Positions 28,951 to 38,385 of a stretch of 55,724 bases of DNA are shown piece after piece; positions within the stretch are counted from its first letter, which is position 1, and each line of letters begins with the position of its first letter. The position numbers and the translations under genes are program-made. The notes below the pieces were generated by a model. It was not told where the DNA came from, ran no database searches, and worked only from the letters and a program-made list of their open reading frames with translations. The DNA comes from Stellaceae bacterium (GTDB lineage Bacteria; Pseudomonadota; Alphaproteobacteria; ATCC43930; CGMCC-115725): NCBI GenBank assembly GCA_035275845.1, contig DATEMD010000234.1, positions 1 through 55,724 on the forward strand, given 5' to 3'.

Positions 28951-30447
28951 ATGGCGGAAAAACAAAACCAGGAAGCCAAAAGCGCGACCGACTATCGCGC
29001 GCTGCGCCTCGACAAGCTGGCGCAACTCAAGGCGCTCGGCGTCGACCCATACACCAGCGGCTTCGCGCCCGATGCGCGCGCCGCCGAACTCGACGCCAAA
29101 TACGGGGGACTGGCCTCGGGTACGGAGACGCAAGACCAGGTCAAGATTTCCGGCCGCATCCGCGCCCTGCGCAACAGCGGCATGTTCATCGACCTGCACG
29201 ACGTCACCGGCAAGATCCAGGTCTTCTGCCACAAGGACAATCTCGCGCCCGAGGCGATGGCGGTTCTCAAGCTCCTGGATCTCGGCGACCTGATCGGCGT
29301 CGACGGCCTGGTCCGGCGTACGCCGCGCGGCGAGCTGACGGTCAATGCACGCGTCTTGACCGTGCTGGCCAAGGCGCTGCTGCCGTTGCCCGAGAAATTC
29401 CACGGCCTCACCGACGTCGAGACACGCTATCGCCAGCGCTATCTCGACCTCATCATGAGCGAGGAAGCGCGCCAAACGCTGCGCCGACGCTCGCAAATCA
29501 TCGCGGTGATGCGCCGGCTGTTGATCGAGCGCGGCTTTCTCGAAGTCGAGACGCCGATGCTGCACACAATTCCGGGCGGCGCCTCGGCCAAGCCATTCGT
29601 CACGCACCACAACGCGCTCGACCTCGAACTTTATCTGCGCATCGCACCCGAGCTGCATCTGAAGCGGCTCATGGTCGGCGGCCTGTCGGACAAGCTGTTC
29701 GAGATCAACCGCAACTTCCGCAACGAGGGCATCAGCCCGCGCCATAATCCCGAATTCACCTCGCTCGAGCTTTATCAGGCCTTCGCCGATTACACGACGA
29801 TGATGGAAACGACCGAACACCTCGTCGTCACCATCGCCCGCGAGGTGCTCGGCACGACCAAGATTCCCTATGGCAAGCACGAGATCGAGCTCAAGGCGCC
29901 GTGGCCACGGAAATCCATGGCCGCGCTCGTCAATGAGAAGACTGGCGTCGACTTCCTCGCGATCACCGATGCCGGCGCGGCGCGCGACGCGGCCAAGACG
30001 CTCGGCGCCGACGTGCTCAAAACCGCCTCATGGGGTCAAGCACTCGAAGCGGCCTTCGCCGCCAAGGTCGAGGACAGCTTGATCCAGCCGATCCACGTCG
30101 TCGGTTTTCCGCGCGACATTTCGCCTTTGGCCAAGCCCGATCCGCGCGATCCGCGTCTGGTCGAGCGCTTCGAGACCTATGTCAACGGCTGGGAGGTGGC
30201 GAACGCCTTTTCCGAGATCAACGATCCGCTCGATCAGCGTGCGCGCTTCGAGGCGCAGATGACGGCGCGCGACCGTGGCGACGAGGAGGCGCAGCGTCTC
30301 GACGACGATTTCGTCACCGCCCTCGAATATGGCATGCCGCCGGCTGGCGGCCTCGGTATCGGCATCGACCGCCTCGCGATGCTGCTGACCGACAGCCCGT
30401 CGATCCGCGACGTGATCGCGTTTCCGACCATGCGGCCGAAGGCCTGA
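28951..30447 (+). CDS. lysS: Lysine--tRNA ligase (class II)
   Basis: The ATG at 28951 follows AAGGGAG. An OB-fold segment (ISGRI...R..G...FIDL.D..GKIQV) is followed by class II motifs (RYRQRYLDL, FRNEGIS.RHNPEFT, GLGIGIDRL.MLLT). Confidence 0.95.
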   Translation: MAEKQNQEAKSATDYRALRLDKLAQLKALGVDPYTSGFAPDARAAELDAKYGGLASGTETQDQVKISGRIRALRNSGMFIDLHDVTGKIQVFCHKDNLAPEAMAVLKLLDLGDLIGVDGLVRRTPRGELTVNARVLTVLAKALLPLPEKFHGLTDVETRYRQRYLDLIMSEEARQTLRRRSQIIAVMRRLLIERGFLEVETPMLHTIPGGASAKPFVTHHNALDLELYLRIAPELHLKRLMVGGLSDKLFEINRNFRNEGISPRHNPEFTSLELYQAFADYTTMMETTEHLVVTIAREVLGTTKIPYGKHEIELKAPWPRKSMAALVNEKTGVDFLAITDAGAARDAAKTLGADVLKTASWGQALEAAFAAKVEDSLIQPIHVVGFPRDISPLAKPDPRDPRLVERFETYVNGWEVANAFSEINDPLDQRARFEAQMTARDRGDEEAQRLDDDFVTALEYGMPPAGGLGIGIDRLAMLLTDSPSIRDVIAFPTMRPKA

Positions 30448-30453
30448 CGGCCA

Positions 30454-31644
30454 CTACGCCGTTGCCGGTCGCCGCAGCAGCGCCAAATAAATCCCCGCCG
30501 TCGCCAGCGCCATCGCCAGGATGACCGCGCCCATTGGCACCGGCGTGTTGTCGTAGAAGGCGTCGACGGCATAGCCGGCAATCGCGCCAGCGCCCATCTG
30601 CACCATACCCAAGAGCGCGGCGCCGGTGCCGGCCATATGCGGAATTGGCTCAAGCGCCGCCGCCATTGCGTTGGGCGCCACCACCGCCTGGCCCCATATA
30701 TAAAGCATGAACCCGACCATCACGCCGCCGGCGCCGCCCCAGCGCGTGATGCACGCAGCCAGCACCACCGCGCCGCCAGCAACGGTCACGATCAAGCCCC
30801 AGCGCAACACGCGCTCGTGCCCGTGTCGTCGCAGTAGCCGCTTGTTCGACAGTGCGCCGATCACCAGCGCCACCGCTGCCAGCGCGAAATAATAGCCGTA
30901 GTGCTCCGGCGCGACGCCGTAGATGGAAATAAACACGAATGGCGAGCCCGACAGGAAAGCGAAGATACCGGCCCAACACAGGCCATTGAGCAGCGCGTAG
31001 CCGAAGCAAAGGCGGCTGGCCAGGAACGTCTGATAGTTGCGGACCAGGCGGCCGAACCGCAAGGCGTCGGCATCGGGCGCCTTCAGCGATTCGGTGAAGC
31101 CGAAGGCGATCACCACGAACAGTGTGCCGGCGAACAGCGTCAGCGCGACGAAAATCGCCCGCCAGCCGAAATGTACCAACAGCCAGCCGCCGACGGTCGG
31201 CGCGACCAGCGGCGCCAGCGCGAAGACCGCGGTGAGCGACGAGAACATCTGCGCGGCGTGCGGGCCGCCGTAATGGTCGCGCACGACGGCACGGGCGAGG
31301 ACCGGGCCGACGCAGCCACCAAAGCCCATCACCAGCCGCGCCGTGATCAAGAGGTCGATACTCCGGCTCAGCGCACAGACGATGGCTGCGCCGACGTAAA
31401 TCACCAAGCCGGCGATCAGAATCGGCTTGCGGCCGAAGCGATCGGACAACGGCCCGTGGAAGAGCTGGCCGACAGCGTAGCCGATGATGAACAGACTCAG
31501 CGTCAGCTGCACGCGTTCGGGCGACGCGTCGAATTCGGTGCTCAAGGCCGGCAACGCCGGCAGACTCATGTCGATGGCGAGCGCCGTGAGCGCGGTCATC
31601 GCGCCCAAGAGCACGACCGACACGCGCGAATCGGAACGGATCAT
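30454..31644 (-). CDS. Bcr/CflA-family MFS drug efflux transporter
   Basis: LGAMTALTALAIDMSLPALP, GQLFHGPLSDRFGRKP, and about 12 TM segments. Confidence 0.85.
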   Translation of the reverse strand: MIRSDSRVSVVLLGAMTALTALAIDMSLPALPALSTEFDASPERVQLTLSLFIIGYAVGQLFHGPLSDRFGRKPILIAGLVIYVGAAIVCALSRSIDLLITARLVMGFGGCVGPVLARAVVRDHYGGPHAAQMFSSLTAVFALAPLVAPTVGGWLLVHFGWRAIFVALTLFAGTLFVVIAFGFTESLKAPDADALRFGRLVRNYQTFLASRLCFGYALLNGLCWAGIFAFLSGSPFVFISIYGVAPEHYGYYFALAAVALVIGALSNKRLLRRHGHERVLRWGLIVTVAGGAVVLAACITRWGGAGGVMVGFMLYIWGQAVVAPNAMAAALEPIPHMAGTGAALLGMVQMGAGAIAGYAVDAFYDNTPVPMGAVILAMALATAGIYLALLRRPATA

Positions 31645-31666
31645 GGCGGTAGCCGTTACCCGGCGT

Positions 31667-32986
31667 TCAGGGGTTCTCGAGGCTCAACACGCCGCTGTCG
31701 ATGTCGTAGGCGAAGAGCTCGGCATAGCGGGCCCAGTTGATCACCGTCTCGAAGACCTGCCGTGCTTCCTGCTCGGACAGATAATCTTCGAGTTCGGCGA
31801 GAAAGCGACCTTCGGGTGCGCTGTGTCCGGGCCGCTCGTCGAGCACACGGCGGATGTGCGCAGCCAGCGGCACGGCGCGCCGCATGTGGTCGTTGAAGAT
31901 CAGCTTGCGGTGCTGGAGATCGGCCGCGGCGAAGGTGCGGCCGGCTGGCAGAACTTCGATGTCGCCGCCGCCGACCTGGGCGAAACCGAGAAGCTGGAGC
32001 GTCTCCACCAGCACCATCAAATCGTCGGTCGACAGATGCTCGCTCTCGGCGAGCTTGGGCAGGTCGGCGCGGCCGTCATAAGGCGATTGCGACAGCGCCT
32101 CGAGCAAGCCGGTCAGCTGCTGGATCGAGGCGTCGGGCAATCGATAGCTGAGGCCGATCGGCTCGGCGCGGCGCTTGGCCGCCTCGGTGCCGGGTACCGT
32201 GGTGAGCAGCGTGTAGACCTGATCGACCAGGTTGCGGAAGATCGGGTTGGCCTGGTCACGCGGCCGCGGCAACGGCACCGGAATGTCGGCGCGGATGCAG
32301 CCGGGATCGCTGCCGAACACGATAATGCGGTCGGCCAGGAACACCGCATCCTCGATGTTGTGCGAAACCAGGATGATGCCTTTGGTCGGAATGCGGCGGT
32401 CGCGCCACAGATCCTCGACGTCGCCACGCAACGTCTCTGCGGTCAGCACGTCGAGCTGCGAGAACGGCTCGTCGAGCAGCAACACGTCGGGGTTGACCAC
32501 CAAGGCGCGGGCAAAGCCGACGCGCTGGCGCATGCCGCCCGACAGCTCTTTGGGATAGGCCGATTCGAAACCATCGAGGCCGATCAGGTCGATGGCGGCA
32601 ATGGCGCGGCGATGACGCTCGTCGAGCGGCACGCCCTGGGCCTCGAGGCCGAGCTCGACGTTGCCCAGCACCGTGAGCCACGGGAACAGCGCGAAGCTTT
32701 GGAACACCATGGCGATGCCATGGGCCGGATCGTCGATCCGCCGGCCGCGATAGCTCGCGAAACCGTCCGACGGTTCGGTCAGGCCGGCAAGGATGCGCAG
32801 GAAGGTCGACTTGCCCGAGCCCGATTTGCCCAGGATGGCGACGATCTCGCCTTCCTTGAGGGTGAAGTCGATGTGGTCGAGCACCAGGCGACCGGCGGAA
32901 TCGCCAGTTGCGTAGGTCTTGCACACTTGGTGCGCGGCGACGAGGCCGGTGCCGACATCCGCGGCGAAGGTGGTATCGGCGGGCAT
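31667..32986 (-). CDS. ABC ATPase (NitT/TauT-like) with a C-terminal extension of about 170 aa
   Basis: Walker A GKSGSGKST, Q-loop MVFQSFALFPW, signature LSGGMRQRV, and Walker B LLLDEPFSQLD. An extra helical domain follows (..LTGLLEAL....DLPKLAE...DDLMVLVETLQLLGF..), resembling the AAA-associated C-terminal domain. Confidence 0.85.
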   Translation of the reverse strand: MPADTTFAADVGTGLVAAHQVCKTYATGDSAGRLVLDHIDFTLKEGEIVAILGKSGSGKSTFLRILAGLTEPSDGFASYRGRRIDDPAHGIAMVFQSFALFPWLTVLGNVELGLEAQGVPLDERHRRAIAAIDLIGLDGFESAYPKELSGGMRQRVGFARALVVNPDVLLLDEPFSQLDVLTAETLRGDVEDLWRDRRIPTKGIILVSHNIEDAVFLADRIIVFGSDPGCIRADIPVPLPRPRDQANPIFRNLVDQVYTLLTTVPGTEAAKRRAEPIGLSYRLPDASIQQLTGLLEALSQSPYDGRADLPKLAESEHLSTDDLMVLVETLQLLGFAQVGGGDIEVLPAGRTFAAADLQHRKLIFNDHMRRAVPLAAHIRRVLDERPGHSAPEGRFLAELEDYLSEQEARQVFETVINWARYAELFAYDIDSGVLSLENP

Positions 32987-33001
32987 GTCACCAATCCTTG
33001 A

Positions 33002-34738
33002 TCAATCGAGCCGCAGACGTTCTTCGGCGAGTTGATACAGACGCCGCCACACCAGGCGGTTGAACACCAACACGTATAGACAAAGCACCGTGATGCCGAG
33101 GGCGATGCGCGGGAAGTCGCCCTTTTCGGTTTCGGTGGCGATATAAGCGCCGATCCCAGTGGCCCGCAAGGTCGTATCGCCCCAACGCGCGATCTCGGAA
33201 ACGATGCTGGCGTTCCACGAGCCGCCGGAGGCGGTGACGGCGCCGGTGACGAAGGCGGGGAAGATGCCCGGCAGGATCAAGCGCCGCCACCATAGCCAGT
33301 TCCGGACGCCGAGATTGCCGGCGACCAGCAGGTAATCGTTGGGCAGCGCCAGCGTGCCGGCGATGACGTTGAACAGGATGTACCATTGCGTGCCGAGGAT
33401 CATCAGCGGCGACAGCCAGATCTCGGGCGTCAGCCGATAGACGACGATCAGCGACACCACGATCGGGAAAAACAGATTGGCCGGAAACGCGGCGAGGAAC
33501 TGGATGACCGGCTGGATGCGGCGCGCCAGGCGCGGCCGCAGCCCGATCCAGACGCCGATCGGCACCCACACCAGCGCCGCCAACACGATCAGCACGACGA
33601 CGCGCACCAACGTGATGGCGCCGAGGACGAAGACGTGGCCGACCTCCGTCCAGCCGACCTCGGCATGGACGAAATGCCCGATCTCGACCAGCGCCGCCGC
33701 CGAACCGCCGACGAGGATCACGGTCCACATAATATCGAGCGTGCGTCCGAACCACCGGCCGCGTCGGGCGACGTTCGGTATCTCCGGTAACCGCTGCGCG
33801 ACCCGGCTCGAAACGAGAGCCATGAGAGAAAGCACCCACGCGACCGCGTGGAAGATGCGCGCACGCTGCAGCATCGTCAGGAACCACGGCGGCTCGATCT
33901 CGTCGCCGCCGATGGCCTCGACCTTGAAGCGCTGTACCCACGCCAGCAACGGCCGGAACAGCAGCTGGTCGTAGACCAGGATCAGCACCAGCATGGCGAG
34001 AATGGCGTAGCCGACGGCTTGCAGGTCGCGCTGGTCGATCGCCACCGAGATGTAGGAGCCGATGCCCGGCAACAGCACGTTGTTGCCGTTGACGCTGATC
34101 GCCTCGGATGCCACGACGAAGAACCAGCCGCCCGACACCGACATCATCATGTTCCAGACGAGCTGCGGCAGCGCGAACGGCATTTCGAGCTGCCAGAAGC
34201 TGTTCCACGGCGACAGGTGATACATGCGCGCCGCTTCGCGCAAATCGTGCGGCACGGCGATGAAGGATTGATACAGGCTGAACGTCATGTTCCATGCCTG
34301 CGACGTGAAGATGGCGAAGATCGCGGCGCACTCGTAGCCGAGCAGGCTGCCGGGGAAGAGCGCGATGAATCCGGTCACGGTGATCGACAGGAAGCCCAGG
34401 ATCGGCACCGATTGCAGAATGTCGAGAATCGGGATCAGCAGCTTCTCGGCCCGCTTGCTTTTGGCCGCGATCGCCGCATAGACGATGCTGAAGACCAATG
34501 ACGCGGCCAATGCCACGGCCATGCGCATCACGGTCCGCAGCGCATAGGCCGGCAGATGGCGCGGATCGAGCGAGATCGGCAGCTGTTGGCCGGCGTGGTA
34601 CGGGGCGCTCATCTGGTGGCTCGCCCAGGCGAGCAGGATGAGGCCGCCGAACACCAGCGGTAGCGCGATCCCGTCCCAGACGCTGGGACGCAGGCGCGAC
34701 GGCCACGCGACGATCGGCAGTCCCCAACGCTCCGCCAT
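33002..34738 (-). CDS. Duplicated (fused double) ABC permease of the NitT/TauT-like family
   Basis: The 578-aa protein is highly hydrophobic and carries two BPD-transporter-like halves. It lies directly upstream of the ATPase. No binding-protein gene is adjacent. Confidence 0.8.
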   Translation of the reverse strand: MAERWGLPIVAWPSRLRPSVWDGIALPLVFGGLILLAWASHQMSAPYHAGQQLPISLDPRHLPAYALRTVMRMAVALAASLVFSIVYAAIAAKSKRAEKLLIPILDILQSVPILGFLSITVTGFIALFPGSLLGYECAAIFAIFTSQAWNMTFSLYQSFIAVPHDLREAARMYHLSPWNSFWQLEMPFALPQLVWNMMMSVSGGWFFVVASEAISVNGNNVLLPGIGSYISVAIDQRDLQAVGYAILAMLVLILVYDQLLFRPLLAWVQRFKVEAIGGDEIEPPWFLTMLQRARIFHAVAWVLSLMALVSSRVAQRLPEIPNVARRGRWFGRTLDIMWTVILVGGSAAALVEIGHFVHAEVGWTEVGHVFVLGAITLVRVVVLIVLAALVWVPIGVWIGLRPRLARRIQPVIQFLAAFPANLFFPIVVSLIVVYRLTPEIWLSPLMILGTQWYILFNVIAGTLALPNDYLLVAGNLGVRNWLWWRRLILPGIFPAFVTGAVTASGGSWNASIVSEIARWGDTTLRATGIGAYIATETEKGDFPRIALGITVLCLYVLVFNRLVWRRLYQLAEERLRLD

Positions 34739-34851
34739 GATCCTTCGTCCCGCTTGCGTGCCGTCCTAGATTGGCGTCCCGTCTTTAGCGCAAACTTGGG
34801 GCGGGATGAAAGCACCGTGCGCGCCTTGAGTGCGGCGATGGAGACAGAATC

Positions 34852-35826
34852 ATGACACTACGAACCCGCCTGACCGAGAAACTCGGCATCGCCCATCCGA
34901 TCCTCTTGGCGCCGATGGGCGGGGTCGCGGGTGGTCGGCTTGCCGCCGCGGTCAGCGATGCCGGCGGGCTCGGCCTCATCGGTGGCGGCTATGGCGATGA
35001 CGCTTGGCTCGACCGTGAATTCGCTGCCGCCGGCAATCGGCGCGTCGGGTGTGGTTTCATCACCTGGTCGCTGGCCAAGAATCCGGCGTTGCTCGATCGC
35101 GTATTGGCGCATGCGCCGGCGGCGCTGATGCTGTCCTTCGGCGATCCTCTACCGTTTGCCGCGCGTATCCGCGCCGCCGGCAGCGTTCTCATTTGCCAAG
35201 TGCAAGACCGCGAGCAAACGTTGCGGGCGCTCGACGCCGGCGCCGAGATCATTGTCGCGCAAGGCACCGAAGCCGGCGGCCATGGTGGCGCGCGCGCGAC
35301 CCTGCCGCTGGTGCCGGTGCTGGTCGATCTGGTGGCGCGCCGCGCACCCGAGGCGATGGTCGTGGCGGCAGGCGGTATCGCCGACGGTCGCGGCCTCGCC
35401 GCCGCCTTGACGCTCGGCGCCGAAGGCGTTCTGGTCGGCACCCGCTTCTACGCGACCACTGAGTCGTTGGCACACGATCTCGCCAAGGCGCGCGTCGTCG
35501 CCGCGTCCGGCGACGCGACCCTGCGCACGACGATTTTCGACATCGTCCGCGGGCTCGATTGGCCGAAGCCTTATACCGGCCGCGCGCTCAGCAATGCGTT
35601 CAGCGGGCGGTGGCACGGCCACGAGGCGGACCTGTCCGCGCGCGTGACGGACGAGATGAAGCGTTATAAAGCGGCGGTCGAGGCTGGCGACTTCAGCACG
35701 GCGGTGATCTTCGCCGGCGAAGACGTCGACTTGATCGACGACACGCCGCCGGCGGCAACCATTGTCGCCCGGTTGGCGCAAGAAGCCGAGCGCGCACTGC
35801 AAGCCGCGGCACGGCGCCTGGCGTAA
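34852..35826 (+). CDS. Nitronate monooxygenase (NMO, FMN TIM-barrel)
   Basis: LGI.HPILLAPMGGVAG..LAAAVS.AGGLG, GTEAGGH, and GGIADGRG. Confidence 0.88.
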   Translation: MTLRTRLTEKLGIAHPILLAPMGGVAGGRLAAAVSDAGGLGLIGGGYGDDAWLDREFAAAGNRRVGCGFITWSLAKNPALLDRVLAHAPAALMLSFGDPLPFAARIRAAGSVLICQVQDREQTLRALDAGAEIIVAQGTEAGGHGGARATLPLVPVLVDLVARRAPEAMVVAAGGIADGRGLAAALTLGAEGVLVGTRFYATTESLAHDLAKARVVAASGDATLRTTIFDIVRGLDWPKPYTGRALSNAFSGRWHGHEADLSARVTDEMKRYKAAVEAGDFSTAVIFAGEDVDLIDDTPPAATIVARLAQEAERALQAAARRLA

Positions 35827-35837
35827 GGGGGAAAACG

Positions 35838-36212
35838 ATGGAAAACACCGGTGACGATCTCAAGAACCGGTCGCTGTGGCGGCGCTCGGGTTATGCGCTG
35901 AATGGCATCTTCGCCGGACTCAATCGCGAAGGCAGCCTGCGGCTCGAGCTCGCGGTCGCCGCCGCGGCGCTGATCCTGCTTGCGTGGTTGCGGCCGCCGG
36001 CGGTGTGGTGGGCGATCGGCGTGCTGATCATGGCTTCGGTGCTCGCAGCCGAACTCATCAATTCAGCGATCGAAGCGCTCGCCGATCATCTCCATCCGAC
36101 GCTGCACGCCGAGATCCGCGTGGTCAAGGACATGGCGGCGGGCGCCATCCTGGTGCTGAACCTGGCGGCGCTGGTCGTGCTTGCACTATTGCTGGCGACG
36201 GCGCTGCGCTAA
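35838..36212 (+). CDS. dgkA: Diacylglycerol kinase (DgkA family)
   Basis: About 120 aa with three TM segments and AAELINSAIEALADHL...H...VKDMAAGA. RBS AAGGGGG lies upstream. Confidence 0.88.
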   Translation: MENTGDDLKNRSLWRRSGYALNGIFAGLNREGSLRLELAVAAAALILLAWLRPPAVWWAIGVLIMASVLAAELINSAIEALADHLHPTLHAEIRVVKDMAAGAILVLNLAALVVLALLLATALR

Positions 36213-37357
36213 CGCCAGAATTCGCGCGTGGCGACGCGGCAACCTTCGGCCATGGCCGCGAGCTTGGCCCAGACCACCTGCGGATCGACTGCGGCTTGGC
36301 CGACCCAAGTGCCGTAGCCGCAATCGCTGCCCGCGATCACGTTCTCGCGCCCAACCAGCTTGGCGTAGCGCCCGAGGCGCTGGGCGATCAGTTCGGGATG
36401 CTCGATGAAGTTCGATTTGGATTCGAGCACACCCGGAATCAGAACCTTGCCGTCCGGCAGTTTCACCGTCTCGAACAGCTTCCACTCGTGCGCATGGCGC
36501 GGGTTGGCGGCCTCGAACGAGATCGCCGCCGGTTTGGCCTTGAACACCAGATCGATGATATCCGCGATGGGCACGTCGCAATGGTGCGGACCTTCGTAAT
36601 TGCCCCAACACAGGTGCATGCGCAAATTCTCGGCCGGAATATTGCGCACCGCGTGGTTGAGCGCCTCGATGTGCAATGCCGCCATCTTGCGGAACGCCTT
36701 CAAATCGAGGTCGCCGAATTGAATATGCCGACCCATCGCCAGATCCGGGCAATCGAGCTGCAGGACGATGCCGGCGTTCGCCACGGTTTCGTATTCGGCG
36801 CGCATCGCCTCGGCGATCGCCGCGAGATAGGTTTCGTGCGATGGGTAATGGCCGTTGTGAAAAAATAGCGAGATCACGCCTGGCGAGGCGGCGCTCATGA
36901 AGGCGGCCTCGTGGCGCGTGCCCTGGAGTGCCGCCTTGAGGTTGGCGACGTCGGTGCGCGCCGCTTCGGCGTCCTTCACCGTAATCGGTCCGTTGCAGCT
37001 GGGCGTCTTGCGGCGTGCGCGGCCGGGATCGCCGAACACCTTGCGGTGCAGGGTGGGAAAATCGGCGAGGTCCTTGTAGCTCGTCACCGGAATGCTTTCG
37101 CCGCCGAAGCCGGCGAGCCGGTCCTTGATGTAGGTGGCATAGCTCGGCTTCGACATTTCGCCGTCGTTGACGATGTCGACGCCCGCCGCGCTCTGCTTGC
37201 GCACGATTTCGCCGACGGCGTCACGGATATGCGCGTCGAGCTGGCCGCGATCGACCGGGACGCCTTCCTCCTTGGCGTACATGTCGCGGATCAACCGCTC
37301 TGGCCGCGGCAGGCTGCCGGTGTGGGTACTGAGAAAGCGCTCGGTGCTGCGTTTCAT
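36209..37357 (-). CDS. Short single-domain MetE-like protein (cobalamin-independent methionine synthase II family)
   Basis: TTHTGSLPRP-type N terminus (LSTHTGSLPRPERL), a catalytic-barrel-like length of 382 aa, and a C-terminal ..GSDCGY.. Cys/His metal-site context. Its stop overlaps the dgkA stop convergently. Confidence 0.7.
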   Translation of the reverse strand: MKRSTERFLSTHTGSLPRPERLIRDMYAKEEGVPVDRGQLDAHIRDAVGEIVRKQSAAGVDIVNDGEMSKPSYATYIKDRLAGFGGESIPVTSYKDLADFPTLHRKVFGDPGRARRKTPSCNGPITVKDAEAARTDVANLKAALQGTRHEAAFMSAASPGVISLFFHNGHYPSHETYLAAIAEAMRAEYETVANAGIVLQLDCPDLAMGRHIQFGDLDLKAFRKMAALHIEALNHAVRNIPAENLRMHLCWGNYEGPHHCDVPIADIIDLVFKAKPAAISFEAANPRHAHEWKLFETVKLPDGKVLIPGVLESKSNFIEHPELIAQRLGRYAKLVGRENVIAGSDCGYGTWVGQAAVDPQVVWAKLAAMAEGCRVATREFWR

Positions 37358-37379
37358 CGATTTCTCCGTACCGCGCGAC

Positions 37380-38234
37380 CTAGAGGATCGGCCAGATCCA
37401 GAACGCCAAACCGACCAGTGCGATGAAACCGCCGCTCAACACCTCGCCGTAGCGCTCGAGCGCACCGAGCCGCACGCGCTCCAAGCCTTGCGCCGAAACC
37501 GTGCACAGCACCACGTAGGTTGCCATCGTGCTCGCGGCGAAGAGCAACGACATTGTGACGATCAGGCCAACGCCGAATTTACCGGCGGCGAAGAACGCTG
37601 GCACGCCCTCGATCATCGGCGACGAGCCGAGGATCAGCAGCAAGGCGCCGCGGCCGGTCACCTTATGGGTATGGTCGTGCAGCGGTGGGTCGAATTCCAC
37701 CGCCGCCGTGATCGCGTGGGCCGTCGCCAAGGCGTGCGCATGGATGTGAACGTGCGGCGAACGGCCTTCGTGGCGGTGCAGGTGCACGTGGCGCATCACG
37801 CCCTCGTTGTGCGTATGGTCGTAACCATGACCACCATGACCATGATGGTGGCCGTGATCGTGCGAATGCCCGTGTCCATGATAATGGCCGTCATGGCCGT
37901 GGCGTATTTCACGCAGCCCGGCAATCACGAACCAGCTGCCGAAACCGATCAACGCAACGCTCGACAGCGTATCGACGATGCCGCCGAAGCGCTGTGCGGC
38001 GGCGACGCCGAGCAGCCAGATGGCGGCGCCGATGATCAGCGTCGAGACAACATGACCAAAGCCGGCCTGAGCCGCAGCGCGTGCGGTTTCGGCTCGCGAC
38101 CAGCCGTGCTGCCGCGCCAGCATGGCTATCGGCACCCAATGGTCGGGCACCATGGTGTGCAGGACGCCGACCGCAACCACCGCGGCTAACAACAGAAACG
38201 CAGGCGCGGTATTCAGGTTGTCGACGAGGGACAT
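37380..38234 (-). CDS. NicO/RcnA-like Ni/Co (divalent metal) transporter with an extreme His-rich loop
   Basis: An HX4DH signature in LHTMVPDHW and six or more TM segments. The central loop is HGHDGHYHGHGHSHDHGHHHGHGGHGYDHTH...HVHLHRH...HVHIHAH. Confidence 0.65.
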   Translation of the reverse strand: MSLVDNLNTAPAFLLLAAVVAVGVLHTMVPDHWVPIAMLARQHGWSRAETARAAAQAGFGHVVSTLIIGAAIWLLGVAAAQRFGGIVDTLSSVALIGFGSWFVIAGLREIRHGHDGHYHGHGHSHDHGHHHGHGGHGYDHTHNEGVMRHVHLHRHEGRSPHVHIHAHALATAHAITAAVEFDPPLHDHTHKVTGRGALLLILGSSPMIEGVPAFFAAGKFGVGLIVTMSLLFAASTMATYVVLCTVSAQGLERVRLGALERYGEVLSGGFIALVGLAFWIWPIL

Positions 38235-38385
38235 GAGGCTCTCCGTAACCGGCTGCGGGTGAGCTTATGGAATTGCGCCCGCGAAGTATAACCTTCGCAT
38301 GTTGTCCCACCGATATCGGCGGTAAAGGCTTGCGGGCAAAGGGGTGTTGATCGCCTTCCGAGCGTGCATCACTATAACCGCAGCC

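Noticed and set aside
32988-34727. 579-aa ORF on the same strand as the ABC permease but in another frame
   Set aside because: The Arg/Pro/Ala-rich product has no hydrophobic segments. The 33002..34738 frame encodes a coherent polytopic permease. Only one frame can be real.
38235-38385. Possible cobalamin riboswitch or NikR/Zur box upstream of the NicO-like/MetE-like pair
   Set aside because: I could not find the B12-box or the GCCACUG-type conserved cores on the minus strand, and 150 nt is short for that riboswitch. The palindromes present match no consensus I can name with confidence. They are mentioned only as unassigned repeats.
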